Origin: Desulfatiglandales bacterium
Lineage (GTDB): Bacteria > Desulfobacterota > DSM-4660 > Desulfatiglandales > Desulfatiglandaceae
Assembly: GCA_963666345.1 (NCBI GenBank)
Contig: OY762721.1
Span: 1,440,001-1,504,000 of the forward strand
Direction of reading: 5' to 3'
Length of the DNA stretch: 64,000 nucleotides
The notes under the pieces were generated by a model, which ran no database searches, was not told where the DNA came from, and saw nothing but the letters and a program-made list of their open reading frames with translations. Both the position numbers and the translations under genes were made by a program. Below, in pieces: positions 30,256 to 41,311 of the stretch (position 1 is the stretch's first letter; each line of letters begins with the position of its first letter).

Positions 30256-32361
30256 TCAGGAGATCTTATCTCCCGGAATCTGCTCACCGTCGAATGTAAC
30301 CAAGCCGACTCTTCCCGCATCTCCTCCCGCCAGTATCATGCCTTCGGAGACCCCGAATTTCATCTTTCTCGGTTTGAGATTGGCCACTACCGTGACCTTT
30401 TTGCCTACCAGCAGATCAGGCTGAGGGTAAGCGGACCTGATCCCCGCGAATATCTGTCTGGGCCGGCCCTCCCCCAGGTCCACCATAAGCCTTATCAGCT
30501 TTCTGGCACCTTCAACAAGGGAAGCCTCTTTCACGATTCCGACTCTCAGATCGATCCTGGAAAAATCATCTATGGTAATCTGATCCTTGACAGGCTCAAG
30601 GTCCTTCCCTGCTCCCTCCTGCATGGAACCACCTTTTTCGGCTCCAGATTCCTCGCCCTTTCCGGATGCCTTTTTGTCCTTACCCTCCGATTTCCGTATC
30701 TTGGCCCAGGTATCCCTGAGTGTCACTGTCCGGTTGAAAACCGGCGTCTCATCCGTGGAATCGGGATCAACGCAAAAATAACCGAGCCTTTCAAACTGAT
30801 ATATGGTTCCCGGCTCAGCACCTCTGAGGGAGGGCTCAACAGGACACGCCTTAAGGCTCACGAGTGAATTCGGGTTCAGATGTGTCTTGAAATCCTCCCC
30901 TACCGGGTTTTCCTTTACGAACAGGCGGTCGTACAGCCGCACCTCCGCCTTAAGTGCATGCGATGCGGACACCCAGTGAAGAGTGGCCTTTACCCTCCTT
31001 CCGTCAGGGGCGTCCCCCCCTCTGGTGGAAGGATCATATGTGCAGCGCAGTTCGACTATCTCTCCGGTGTCTTTGTCTTTGACGACATCCGTGCAGGTTA
31101 TAAAGTAGGCGTAACGAAGTCGAACCTCACGGCCAGGGGCCAGACGGAAGAATTTCTTCGGAGGATCCTCCATGAAATCATCCCTCTCTATGTAGATAAC
31201 CTTTGAGAAGGGAACCTTCCTTTTCCCCGTGCCGGGATCTTCAGGGTTATTTACCGCCTCGATCTCCTCTTCGCCGTCTTCCGGATAATTTTCTATGACC
31301 ACCTTCAAGGGATTCAGTACCGCCATTACGCGACGCGCCGATATGTTCAGGTCCTCCCTGACACTGTATTCGAGCAGGGCCATATCCACCATGCTCTCTC
31401 TTTTTGCCACCCCGATCCGGTTACAGAAATTTCTTATCGAAGCGGGAGAATAACCCCGCCTCCTGAGCCCCGATATAGTGGGCATCCTCGGGTCATCCCA
31501 TCCGTTTACATCTCCGTCTTTAACCAGCTTGAGCAGCATCCGTTTGCTCATGACGGTATAGGTAAGATTGAGGCGGGCGAACTCTATCTGCTGCGGATGA
31601 TATACCTCCAGTTCATCCAGAAACCAGTCATAGAGAGGCCTGTGATCCTCAAACTCCAGGGTGCATATGGAATGAGTTATTCCCTCAATTGAATCGGACA
31701 GACAGTGGGTGAAATCATACATCGGGTAAATGCACCAGTTTTCACCGGTCCGGTGGTGTTTTGATCTCAGGATTCTGAAAATAACAGGGTCCCGCATATT
31801 GAGATTGGGAGCCGCCATATCGATCTTTGCGCGCAATGTCTTGGATCCGTCTTCGAACTCGCCCCCGCGCATGCGGGTGAAAAGGTCGATGTTTTCCTCA
31901 ACGGTTCTTTGTCTGTACGGACTGTCTGTTCCCTTTTCCGTCAAAGTGCCCCGGTATTTTCTTATCTCCTCCGCGCTAAGATCACAAACGTAGGCCTTGC
32001 CCCTTTTTATAAGCCTGAGGGCATATTCGTATAACTGCTCAAAATAGTCCGAGGCGTAAAACAGGCGGTCTCCCCAGTCAAAACCGAGCCACCTTACATC
32101 CTCGATTATCGATTCCACATACTCCACTTCTTCCTTGACCGGATTTGTGTCATCAAATCTGAGATTGCAAAGCCCCCCTTCCTTTTCAAGGGCTATGCCG
32201 AAGTTGAGACAGATTGACTTCGCATGACCGATGTGGAGGTAACCGTTGGGCTCGGGAGGAAACCTGGTGTGGACCCTGTCGTTATATTTCCCGGTTTTCA
32301 GATCCGTTGCGATGATGGTACGAATAAAATCGAGTGAGCCCCTTGAATCCTTCTCTTTCAT
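30256..32361 (-). CDS. glnS: Glutaminyl-tRNA synthetase with a C-terminal OB-fold tRNA-binding domain
   Basis: [28 protein letters not shown]; tail [14 protein letters not shown]...[20 protein letters not shown]. Confidence 0.95.
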   Translation of the reverse strand: MKEKDSRGSLDFIRTIIATDLKTGKYNDRVHTRFPPEPNGYLHIGHAKSICLNFGIALEKEGGLCNLRFDDTNPVKEEVEYVESIIEDVRWLGFDWGDRLFYASDYFEQLYEYALRLIKRGKAYVCDLSAEEIRKYRGTLTEKGTDSPYRQRTVEENIDLFTRMRGGEFEDGSKTLRAKIDMAAPNLNMRDPVIFRILRSKHHRTGENWCIYPMYDFTHCLSDSIEGITHSICTLEFEDHRPLYDWFLDELEVYHPQQIEFARLNLTYTVMSKRMLLKLVKDGDVNGWDDPRMPTISGLRRRGYSPASIRNFCNRIGVAKRESMVDMALLEYSVREDLNISARRVMAVLNPLKVVIENYPEDGEEEIEAVNNPEDPGTGKRKVPFSKVIYIERDDFMEDPPKKFFRLAPGREVRLRYAYFITCTDVVKDKDTGEIVELRCTYDPSTRGGDAPDGRRVKATLHWVSASHALKAEVRLYDRLFVKENPVGEDFKTHLNPNSLVSLKACPVEPSLRGAEPGTIYQFERLGYFCVDPDSTDETPVFNRTVTLRDTWAKIRKSEGKDKKASGKGEESGAEKGGSMQEGAGKDLEPVKDQITIDDFSRIDLRVGIVKEASLVEGARKLIRLMVDLGEGRPRQIFAGIRSAYPQPDLLVGKKVTVVANLKPRKMKFGVSEGMILAGGDAGRVGLVTFDGEQIPGDKIS

Positions 32362-32664
32362 TTTTAAACATTCCTCATGTATATATGTTTGTCCTTAAAA
32401 ACCTGTGCCAGCCTTTTAAGGAAGCATAATATTGATATATCCCTTTTGTAAAATTAATAAAGCCGGTAGCTTAGCACAAGGAAATAAAATCCTCAACGTG
32501 GTTCCTGATTCCCCGCCAAAAAAGGTATCGGCTGCGTCGCCTTTAGGGCGGGTCACGATTTCCTTCATTGCCTTGTAATTGCTGCTATAAAGGCGTAATG
32601 TAAATCCCGGAAGTGATAAAGGAAAGGATATTTTCCCCGCTCCCCCGAAAAAGGAGGAATCAAA

Positions 32665-34929
32665 TTGAGCCAGAGACTTGTCTTAAAATCAATGGAAGGC
32701 ATTGAGATTGAAGCTGAGCTGGCCGGCCCTTTCAAGGCAGACAGCAACGAGATAGAATTCGACCTCCTGAACAGTGGAGAAAGACGCAAGCTGCCGCTTA
32801 CCGATATCTGTCACATTCTTTTTGAGGGCCGGGCTGAAATCGCCGATACCGGGGAACCCGACGATCAGATAGAAGAGGTACGTACCTGCCTGGGCGATGA
32901 GTTTATTGTCAAGACAAACAGGAAACAGGAGTTCAAGACAGGGTTCTACGGGATCCCCATTAAAAGAGACTTTCAATATAAGGCAATATTTTTCACCGCC
33001 AACGGCACCGGCTCACGCCTTCAAAAACACCTCCTCGGCCAGATCCTGAAAGAGAAAGGGTTTGTTTCGGCTCAGGATATAGATCACATAATAGAGGAAC
33101 AGCAGAGCCTCAGAGACCGCCGGGTGGGTGAAATCATAGCTGAGTACAGCAATCTGGACCAGGGAACCCTTGATCGGGTAATCAGGGATGCCATGAAGAA
33201 AGGCAACGGACTCAAGAGGATGAGAGTCGGTGACATACTGGTATCATCAGGTCTGGTGACAAGGGAGCAGGTTGAAAGGGCACTTGCCAGCCAGGAGGAT
33301 GGAAGGAGGAAAAAGATCGGCACCCTTCTGATTGAAAAGGGTTACATCACCGAAGATCAGTTGCTGGTCGCACTGGCGACAAAGTTCAGGATGCGATTTG
33401 TAGACCTTGAAAAGATAAGGCCTGCCGGCCAGGCGATTGACTCCCTTTCAGAAGGAATTGTAAGGCAGCTGAATGTCCTTCCCATAGAAAAAAACGGCAA
33501 CAACCTTGTAGTGGCCACCTCGGAGCCGACAGACCACACCCTGGCTGAAAGCCTGCGCTTCAATACAGGATGCAACATAGAGCTGGTGGTTGCCACCTCC
33601 AAGCAGATCTCGGAATGTCTGGACGGATATTACGGAAAAGCTGAGAACAGGGTAAATCTGCTGATAGATGAAATGAACGGGGATGAAGTAATCCAGGAGG
33701 AGGAAAAAGAAGACACCGCTGTAAATGAAACCGACTCACACATAATCAGGCTGGTGAACAGCATCCTTATCCATGCCTATAACGATGGTGCCTCCGACAT
33801 ACATTTTGAACCGAAACCTGGGAAAAAACCGGTTCAGGTAAGGTATAGAAAAGACGGCGTCTGCCGTGTGATGCACCAGTTTGCGGGGACATTCAAGCAT
33901 GCGATAATTTCAAGGCTCAAGATCATGTCAAACCTTGATATAGCAGAAAAGAGAAGACCTCAGAGCGGCAAGATATTATTGAGAATCGAAGGCAAAAAGG
34001 TCGAGTACAGGGTTGAAATAACCCCGACCGTTGGTGGGCTCGAAGATGCCGTTTTAAGAGTACTTTCTTCCGCAATACCGCTTTCCCTTGAAGAAATGGG
34101 TTTCACGCCGCTCAACCTCAAAAATTTCAAGGAGATAATCTCAAAACCATACGGCATGGTGCTCTGTGTCGGCCCCACCGGTTCAGGCAAGACAACGAGT
34201 CTTCATTCAGCCCTCTCGCACCTCAACACCCCGGACCGCAAGATCTGGACCGCTGAAGATCCTGTTGAGATAACCCAGGACGGCCTCAGGCAGGTTCAGG
34301 TAAATTCAAAGATCGGTTATACATTCAAGGATGCCCTCAGGTCCTTCTTAAGGGCGGATCCCGACATCGTCATGATAGGAGAAATGAGAGATTCGGAAAC
34401 CGCCAAGACGGCCATCGAGGCCTCTCTTACGGGGCACCTCGTTTTCAGCACCCTTCATACCAACAGCGCACCTGAAACCGTCGTGCGACTCATGGAAATG
34501 GGGATGGACCCCCTCAGTTTCGCCGACGCATTTCTGGGGATACTCGCGCAGAGACTTGCAAGGAGACTGTGTGGAAAATGCAGCAGGCCCTACCATCCTG
34601 AAAAGGAAGAGTATGAAGAGCTTGTCAGGGCCTATAACCCGGATTATTTCTCAAGGCATGGTATGCCGGAGTACTCGGAAAGTCTCACCCTGATGAAAAA
34701 GACAGGCTGCAAGGGCTGTGACGGCAGCGGATACAAGGGAAGGCTCGCCTTACACGAACTGCTGATCGGGGAGGAATCCATAAAGGTCGCCGTCAAGCGA
34801 AGTACCCCCCTTGAGGAGCTACAGGTCCTGGCAATCGATGACGGAATGAGGACGCTCAAGATGGACGGTATCCAGAAGATCTTTGACGGACTGACTGACC
34901 TGGAACAGGTATTAAAGGTCTGCAACTGA
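32665..34929 (+). CDS. GspE/PilB-family ATPase with MshEN-type repeats
   Basis: ASDIHFEP, GPTGSGKTT, LRADPD..MIGEMRD, TGHLVFSTLHTN, CxxC pairs; RVGDILVSSGLV and KIGTLLIEKGYI repeats. Confidence 0.9.
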   Translation: MSQRLVLKSMEGIEIEAELAGPFKADSNEIEFDLLNSGERRKLPLTDICHILFEGRAEIADTGEPDDQIEEVRTCLGDEFIVKTNRKQEFKTGFYGIPIKRDFQYKAIFFTANGTGSRLQKHLLGQILKEKGFVSAQDIDHIIEEQQSLRDRRVGEIIAEYSNLDQGTLDRVIRDAMKKGNGLKRMRVGDILVSSGLVTREQVERALASQEDGRRKKIGTLLIEKGYITEDQLLVALATKFRMRFVDLEKIRPAGQAIDSLSEGIVRQLNVLPIEKNGNNLVVATSEPTDHTLAESLRFNTGCNIELVVATSKQISECLDGYYGKAENRVNLLIDEMNGDEVIQEEEKEDTAVNETDSHIIRLVNSILIHAYNDGASDIHFEPKPGKKPVQVRYRKDGVCRVMHQFAGTFKHAIISRLKIMSNLDIAEKRRPQSGKILLRIEGKKVEYRVEITPTVGGLEDAVLRVLSSAIPLSLEEMGFTPLNLKNFKEIISKPYGMVLCVGPTGSGKTTSLHSALSHLNTPDRKIWTAEDPVEITQDGLRQVQVNSKIGYTFKDALRSFLRADPDIVMIGEMRDSETAKTAIEASLTGHLVFSTLHTNSAPETVVRLMEMGMDPLSFADAFLGILAQRLARRLCGKCSRPYHPEKEEYEELVRAYNPDYFSRHGMPEYSESLTLMKKTGCKGCDGSGYKGRLALHELLIGEESIKVAVKRSTPLEELQVLAIDDGMRTLKMDGIQKIFDGLTDLEQVLKVCN

Positions 34930-34975
34930 CCTCAGGGGGATGCGGCCGGTGAATTGGAATTGAGACGGTCTTTCT

Positions 34976-35860
34976 TTATTCCTCCTGATCCGGCTCAAGT
35001 CTTTTCGCCTCAGGCAGATCCTTTTTATATACAACGGTCCTGTAGGGGAACGGTATTTCGATTCCCTCCCTGTCAAAGCGTTTTTTGACATTTTCAAGTA
35101 TCCAGAATCTGGTGCTCCAGGAGCTGTCTATGTCGGGCACCCAGAGATACACACGGAAACCGATCGAAAAATCACCGTGTGATATGACCCTCATCCAGGG
35201 TTCATCCGCGCTCTCATCCCTGAACGGGCATTTCCCGGCCTCCTCCAGAACGAGCTTTCGGACAAGGTCGATATCCGTGTCATAGCTTACGCCCATTTCC
35301 ACCCTGCAGAGGATCTTCTTGTCTATTATGCTGTAGTTTATAATGGACATGCTGTCCAGTTTTTCATTCGGGATAATCAGCCTCTTGTTTTCCCATGTCC
35401 GCACTATGGTATGCCTCAGGGTGATATCCTCGATAGTGCCGTATTCCCCCTCAAGGCTGATCTTGTCCCCTATCCTGAAGGGCCTGTAGATTGCAAGCGA
35501 AAGGCCTGATATGAGATTTGCAAGAGTCGATTTGGCTGCAAAACCCACTACGATCGCAGTAATCCCGGCACCAGCCATCATGGTTCCGAGAAGTGCCCTC
35601 AAACTGGGTACGAGACTTCCATAAACGACTGCTGCGACAAGATAAATGGCGAGGTTCTTGAATCTCAGGATATAGCGGATAACTGTCTTGTCCACGCGGC
35701 GCTCCAGCTTACCCATTACCCATGAAGAACGCCTTATTATTCTGGTTGTAACGCCTGCCGCAATGGATGCCAAAATCAATACGAACAGGGCGAGGACAAA
35801 GGCACCGTAAAAGGTGCCAGGATCCAGAAGCTTTCCGAAATCAAAAACAGACTCACCCAT
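34976..35860 (-). CDS. MscS-family mechanosensitive channel
   Basis: GFAAKSTLANLISG, PFRIGD, IIPN, GIEIPFP. Confidence 0.92.
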   Translation of the reverse strand: MGESVFDFGKLLDPGTFYGAFVLALFVLILASIAAGVTTRIIRRSSWVMGKLERRVDKTVIRYILRFKNLAIYLVAAVVYGSLVPSLRALLGTMMAGAGITAIVVGFAAKSTLANLISGLSLAIYRPFRIGDKISLEGEYGTIEDITLRHTIVRTWENKRLIIPNEKLDSMSIINYSIIDKKILCRVEMGVSYDTDIDLVRKLVLEEAGKCPFRDESADEPWMRVISHGDFSIGFRVYLWVPDIDSSWSTRFWILENVKKRFDREGIEIPFPYRTVVYKKDLPEAKRLEPDQEE

Positions 35861-36005
35861 TAACGCCTCCCAGGGGAAAAAAGCAAAGTGGCATACAAAT
35901 GTTTAGAAAATTATTTTACCCTATTTGAGGTTTACATATCAAGACAAGAGTGGAGAGAAGATCTTCGGATACAGAGGATAACGAACCGGTTGACGGAACG
36001 CGTAA

Positions 36006-38567
36006 TCAATCATGTCCCTCCTTTTCTTCCTTAATGGTAACCCCTGCCCTCTCCGCATCCTTTTTTGCAATCTCCACCTTTGCCTGGGCCTTGGCCGTCT
36101 TCCGTGCCGCCTCGGTTTCAAGCCTTCTCGCATGCCTTGCTGCCGCCTCCAGTTTACTGATCTCCTCCGGAGCCCTTTTCTCCACGTAGGTGGCATCTAT
36201 AAGCATGTTGAAGGCCTTTTCAGCCTCCTGTTCCGCATCCAGTGCCTCCTTATCCGCATCTTTCGCCTTTTTAAGGGCATCTTCAAGCGCGTCCGAGGCA
36301 GAGGCCATCTCGCCCGCCCGCCCCTCTTCAGGTTCCGCATCCAGGTCTATATCCTCTGCTGCAAGAACGATAGAGGTAACAGGCAGAGACGACAATAACT
36401 CCCTGGGGGGTGAGCCGAAGGGATCGAGTATCTCCCATGCCTTCAAACGAAAAGGGATAAACACCAGTGAGGCATCTGATGAAAGAGACTGCACCGATTC
36501 CCTGTCCGCGCCGGCAACCAGTTCCACTTCACCTGAAATACGGGCCTCATCGAGTATGTTCCGCATCTCCTCAAGATTTTCATCGCCTGAATGCTCATAA
36601 CATGCAGCCAGCACCCTCAGCTTTGATCCGCTCCAGTCATGGTGTCTCATTACCAGATATGCAAACAGGAGCATGAGGCGTGAGGAGGCATCGTTCCACC
36701 ACCACAGATCTATTCGTCTCGACTCGGGCGGGACCTGCTCCAGCCTCTTCCAGTCCTCGCCGGTAGATGAAAGAATAACCAGGTTGCATCCGAGGCGGAA
36801 GGCGGCCCTCAGATTACGGCCATACCTTAAATCCCTCAGCCCCTTTACACCTTCGGAAGAAACTTCCCGCCAGTTTACCAGCGCCGTATTTGCCCTTACG
36901 GGTCCGATGCCGAAACTCTGGATAAGGGACTCGATTCCAGATTCAACACTTTTTGAAAATATGGCAAGGGGGAATGCCTCAAGATCGTTTTCAACGATAT
37001 CCTTCGAGATTTCCCTTTCAGCCTCCTCCCTTATTTTGAGCATCTTTACGCCTTCACCTTCCAGTACTTCAACGGCTGTTACCAGCCCGCTGCCCCCATG
37101 GAGCCAGGAGGCAAATTTCAAAAGTTGAATCCGTCTTTCCCGATCCCTTGAAAAGGCAAGTATCTGGGGTCGCCAGTCTCTCGGGTGCTCCGGCTCTCCT
37201 GCCGCCTCCAGAAGGTGCGACCTTACCTGCTGGAGGTTATACGACCTTCTGCTGTCCGCCCATCTGGCCGGACCCGCCGTCCTTTTGAGATATTGGAATA
37301 TAGCGAAAAGCAGGGACAGGGCTATGGCTCCGGCCCTGAAATCAATGGCCATCATGGTTCCCAGGCAGGCCAGGAATCCCAGAAGGCTGAGGTTCGGATG
37401 GAACCATTTGAATCTAGGTCTGAAAGCGGTGCTTAAAGAGCGGGCCTCGTAAAATGTCGCGTAATTGAGAAGTCCGTAGGAAATAAGAAAAAACATTGAG
37501 ACAATGGGCGCGATCACGTTCAGGTTGCCCAGTGCGATCGTCGTAAAGGCGATTCCCGATGTAAGCAGCACCCCTCTTCTGGGATTCGACATGGGACCTT
37601 CTCCCTTGGCAAAAAGCAGCAAAAAGGGGAATATTCGATCGCCTGCCAGGGACTGAAGTATCCTGGGTGCCCCCAGAAAGGATGCCATTGCAGAGGACAG
37701 GGTCGCTGCGATCACGCCTGAATCTATGAGAAAATTGACGCGCGCCACCCTTTTCATTGCGTTGTAATCGCTGCTCAGCGCCTCATTGGACAGGGTGCCG
37801 GCAAAAAGCAGGGCAACTGCGAAGTAAACCGCGATTGAAATGCCTACCGCCGTAAACGTACCCAGGGGCAGGCTCTTTCCCGGATCTTCAAGATCCCCTG
37901 ACATGCTCACCCCCTGAGTAAATCCGGTTACCGCCGGGAAAAATATGGCAAAGATGACCCAAAAGGGAGGACCAGAGACAGGAGAAGCCCAGTTTACACC
38001 GATAAGGGACCCGTCCCACCTGATAAAGGCGCCTGAAAAAAAAGAAACCAGCGCCAGAAAAAGCAGGCACATGACCAGATACTGAAAGCGGGTCGCCCAA
38101 TCCGCGCCCATCCAGGCAAGAATGAAAAGAAGAGAAACGGCAATTGCGGCGATGAACTGAGCGAAAAAAGGATCTGACCTGTTAAGGATAGCCCCAACTG
38201 CCTCTCCGAATCCTATGCAGTAGAAGGCAACTGAAACCGATTGGGCGAGAAAAAGGACAATGCCTATGGCCCCTCCGAACTGGACACCCAGGGTTCTTGA
38301 TATGAGATAATAATCCCCTCCCCCTTTTACCCTAAGGTTGGTTGCAATTGCTGACAGGGATATGCTTGTGAGAATAGATATGGCATTTGCAAGACCTATT
38401 ATTATAAGTGCCCTGCCCAGGCCTGCGCTGCCTACCACATAACCCAGACGCAAAAAAAGTATAATCCCAAGAATCGTGAGGATGCTTGGAGTAAACACCC
38501 CTGCAAAGGTTCCCAGGTTTGCGCCTTCCGCTTTTTCGATGGGGCCTTTTGTATTGTCCATTTTCAT
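36006..38567 (-). CDS. Cation-chloride cotransporter (SLC12)-like APC permease
   Basis: LGTFAGVFTPSILTILGIILFLR, GGDYYLISRTLG..FGGAIG, FAIFFPAVTG, DWRPQIL; large soluble C-terminal domain. Confidence 0.85.
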   Translation of the reverse strand: MKMDNTKGPIEKAEGANLGTFAGVFTPSILTILGIILFLRLGYVVGSAGLGRALIIIGLANAISILTSISLSAIATNLRVKGGGDYYLISRTLGVQFGGAIGIVLFLAQSVSVAFYCIGFGEAVGAILNRSDPFFAQFIAAIAVSLLFILAWMGADWATRFQYLVMCLLFLALVSFFSGAFIRWDGSLIGVNWASPVSGPPFWVIFAIFFPAVTGFTQGVSMSGDLEDPGKSLPLGTFTAVGISIAVYFAVALLFAGTLSNEALSSDYNAMKRVARVNFLIDSGVIAATLSSAMASFLGAPRILQSLAGDRIFPFLLLFAKGEGPMSNPRRGVLLTSGIAFTTIALGNLNVIAPIVSMFFLISYGLLNYATFYEARSLSTAFRPRFKWFHPNLSLLGFLACLGTMMAIDFRAGAIALSLLFAIFQYLKRTAGPARWADSRRSYNLQQVRSHLLEAAGEPEHPRDWRPQILAFSRDRERRIQLLKFASWLHGGSGLVTAVEVLEGEGVKMLKIREEAEREISKDIVENDLEAFPLAIFSKSVESGIESLIQSFGIGPVRANTALVNWREVSSEGVKGLRDLRYGRNLRAAFRLGCNLVILSSTGEDWKRLEQVPPESRRIDLWWWNDASSRLMLLFAYLVMRHHDWSGSKLRVLAACYEHSGDENLEEMRNILDEARISGEVELVAGADRESVQSLSSDASLVFIPFRLKAWEILDPFGSPPRELLSSLPVTSIVLAAEDIDLDAEPEEGRAGEMASASDALEDALKKAKDADKEALDAEQEAEKAFNMLIDATYVEKRAPEEISKLEAAARHARRLETEAARKTAKAQAKVEIAKKDAERAGVTIKEEKEGHD

Positions 38568-39275
38568 ATCCGTCTTTTCGTCTAAATCTCCCGGGAGCTG
38601 GTATCAAAATGGAAGAGAAAGTCAACCTCACTTGTAATAATTACCTCAAAAGCACGGAATGATCTATATCATTTTGCTGACGCAATCAGCAAATAAGCCT
38701 TGGAGATCAATATCAGGATAAAATCATGGATAATCCGGCAACTGCCGTTTAATATTGATTCATCTATTTGACGCAATAAGCATGTGGAAAAATCGTCGCC
38801 AATCCGGTATCTCGAGCTGAAATACGGCACTACAGAGACGAGAGGAGGCCGACAATAGCGGCGAAAAGGCTAAAGTCAGAAAAGGGGATTCGGAGCATCT
38901 TTACTGTTTGACTACCCGACCGGCCTTGTTGAGTTGCCGAAAACGGCCCATCGCACCTCGGCAGGTTCCCGATAGCGCCGGCCCGTCAAGAATCCATATG
39001 ATTTCACAATTCTGTTGACATCGACATGGCTATTTGTCAGCCTTTAAGATATCATATCGATAGCCATCCTCTAAACGGAATTACCGGATGACCGATGAAG
39101 TTCAAACCCCGCTCAAGCCCGTTACACCGATCTTCCATACGAACAATCGATAATATGGGGCAGATACAGGCAGGACTATCTTCAGAGCGATCGGGTATTT
39201 TTGATATAAGTACAAAAAAGATGCGTTTCCGCCCGTAAAATCAGGCTGTTTATCTAAAAATACAGGAGGAAGAAA

Positions 39276-40868
39276 ATGTTCAACAAAAAGGATATCCGTC
39301 CCGAACTGGAATCAATGGGATTGAGGAATATCGCGGGCATCTACTGGAATGCCTCCACCCCTCATCTCTATGAAGAAATCATAAAGAGGCGGGAGGGGAA
39401 TGTCGCCCATCTCGGACCGGTTGTCGTACGCACGGGCCATCACATGGGCCGCTCGCCTCATGACAAGTTCATAGTGGAAGAACCATCCAGCCTCGAAAAG
39501 GTATGGTGGGGAACGGAGAACAAGGGGATCGAGGAATCAAGGTTCGAAAACCTCTACTATCGGCTGCTCGCCTACGTACAAAACAAAAACCTTTTCATAC
39601 AGGACTGCTACGCCGGTGCCCACCCCGACTACAGGATCCCTATCAGGGTCATAACGGAACAGGCATGGCAGAGCCTCTTTGCCCGCAATATGTTCATACA
39701 GATGCGCGACCCTGAAGAGATCGACACTCATGAGCCTAAGTTCACCATAATCGCCGTTCCAAGATTCAATTCACTCCCGGAGGTGGACGGAACAAGTTCC
39801 GACGCCTTTATCATGATTCACCTGAAAAAAAGGATCGTTTTGATAGGAGGGACAAGCTACGCAGGTGAGATAAAAAAATCCGTATTTACCATGCTCAACT
39901 ATTTTTATCCCCAGGAATCGGTCCTATCCATGCACTGCTCGGCCAATGTGGGAAAAAACGGGGACGCCGCCATCTTTTTCGGGCTCTCGGGGACGGGAAA
40001 GACGACCCTTTCGGCCGACCCGGATCGGACGTTGATAGGTGACGACGAACATGGCTGGAGCGACAAGGGGCTCTTTAATTTCGAAGGAGGCTGCTATGCC
40101 AAGGTGATAAGGCTTTCCAGGGAGGCAGAGCCGGAGATATATGAAACGACAAGGCGTTTCGGCACCATCCTTGAAAACGTCACCCTGGATTCCAACTCCC
40201 GCAGGCTCAACCTGGATGACGCCTCTTTGACCGAAAATACCAGGGCGGCCTACCCGATTCCTCATATTCCCAGCGCAACCAGAGAAGGTGTATGCGGGCA
40301 TCCTTCGAATGTGATAATGCTCACCTGCGACGCGTTCGGGGTAATGCCGCCGGTGGCCAAACTGAGCTACGAACAGGCGGTATACCATTTTCTGAGCGGA
40401 TACACCGCCAAGGTCGCCGGAACCGAAGTGGGCGTCAACGAACCTCAGGCGACCTTCAGCGCCTGCTTTGGCGCGCCCTTTATGGCACTCAAGCCCGCGG
40501 TCTATGCCGGTCTGTTTCTTAAGAAGATCAGGGAGCACAAGGTCGGCTGCTGGCTCTTGAACACCGGCTGGTCCGGCAGGCCGGCAGGAGAGGCGGACCG
40601 TATAAAGATCGCCTATTCACGTGCAATGGTAAGGGCCATAATCGACGGGAGTCTTGCAAAACAGGAATTTAAAGAAGACCCGCTCTTCGGCTTTCTTGTG
40701 CCCAGGGCATGCGAAGGGGTCCCGTCCGAGATTCTTGACCCAAGAAAAAACAGTGCGGATTTGGAAAGATATGAAGAGAGGGCGAAAAAACTGGCCGCCG
40801 ACTTCAAGACAAACTTCAGGATCTTTGAAAAGGATGTGGACGGTGATGTAAAAAAAGTGATGATCTGA
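39276..40868 (+). CDS. pckA: Phosphoenolpyruvate carboxykinase (ATP)
   Basis: YAGEIKKS, MHCSAN, GLSGTGKTTLS, IGDDEHGW, FEGGCYAK. Confidence 0.97.
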   Translation: MFNKKDIRPELESMGLRNIAGIYWNASTPHLYEEIIKRREGNVAHLGPVVVRTGHHMGRSPHDKFIVEEPSSLEKVWWGTENKGIEESRFENLYYRLLAYVQNKNLFIQDCYAGAHPDYRIPIRVITEQAWQSLFARNMFIQMRDPEEIDTHEPKFTIIAVPRFNSLPEVDGTSSDAFIMIHLKKRIVLIGGTSYAGEIKKSVFTMLNYFYPQESVLSMHCSANVGKNGDAAIFFGLSGTGKTTLSADPDRTLIGDDEHGWSDKGLFNFEGGCYAKVIRLSREAEPEIYETTRRFGTILENVTLDSNSRRLNLDDASLTENTRAAYPIPHIPSATREGVCGHPSNVIMLTCDAFGVMPPVAKLSYEQAVYHFLSGYTAKVAGTEVGVNEPQATFSACFGAPFMALKPAVYAGLFLKKIREHKVGCWLLNTGWSGRPAGEADRIKIAYSRAMVRAIIDGSLAKQEFKEDPLFGFLVPRACEGVPSEILDPRKNSADLERYEERAKKLAADFKTNFRIFEKDVDGDVKKVMI

Positions 40869-40995
40869 TAAAAATGACCCGCAAGATGGCCCAGAGAGGC
40901 CTTTGATTTTACCTGCAGGCATAAAACAGCCCTGTAGAGTAAAAATTTGCATCGAGCCGGTCCGAGTATTAACGCAATAGAATAGAATCGCAGGG

Positions 40996-41030
40996 GTGCC
41001 CATCGGAAAGTCATCGTTTCCGATGGACAC
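40996..41030. repeat. REP/MITE-like palindrome
   Basis: GTGCCCATCGGAAA-N7-TTTCCGATGGACAC, with outer arms ATAGAATC/GATTCTAT. Confidence 0.6.
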
Positions 41031-41311
41031 ATGATTCTATCTCATAAATTCTATCCCCGCCTTAATGGCCGTAGTTTCTCTTTTCAAAATTATCATGCCA
41101 CGATTTCCCGGTATATAAAATGGGCTGAACAAGGCAGCGCAACCCTTCATCTTCATTCATGTCCACGAGCATGTGGAAAGGCGGACAATACCTTGATGGT
41201 GAAAACCAGGGTAATTCTTTACTGTTTGCCCGAATAAGGGAAGTGTGGCATTATAGAGGCAGGTATTCTCATCCGCTATCGCAGGTATCATAATTTAAGG
41301 GAGGTAAAAAG

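Noticed and set aside
32393..32421. Sigma54 promoter for glnS (TGGCAC on the minus strand)
   Set aside because: The -12 TTGC element is absent
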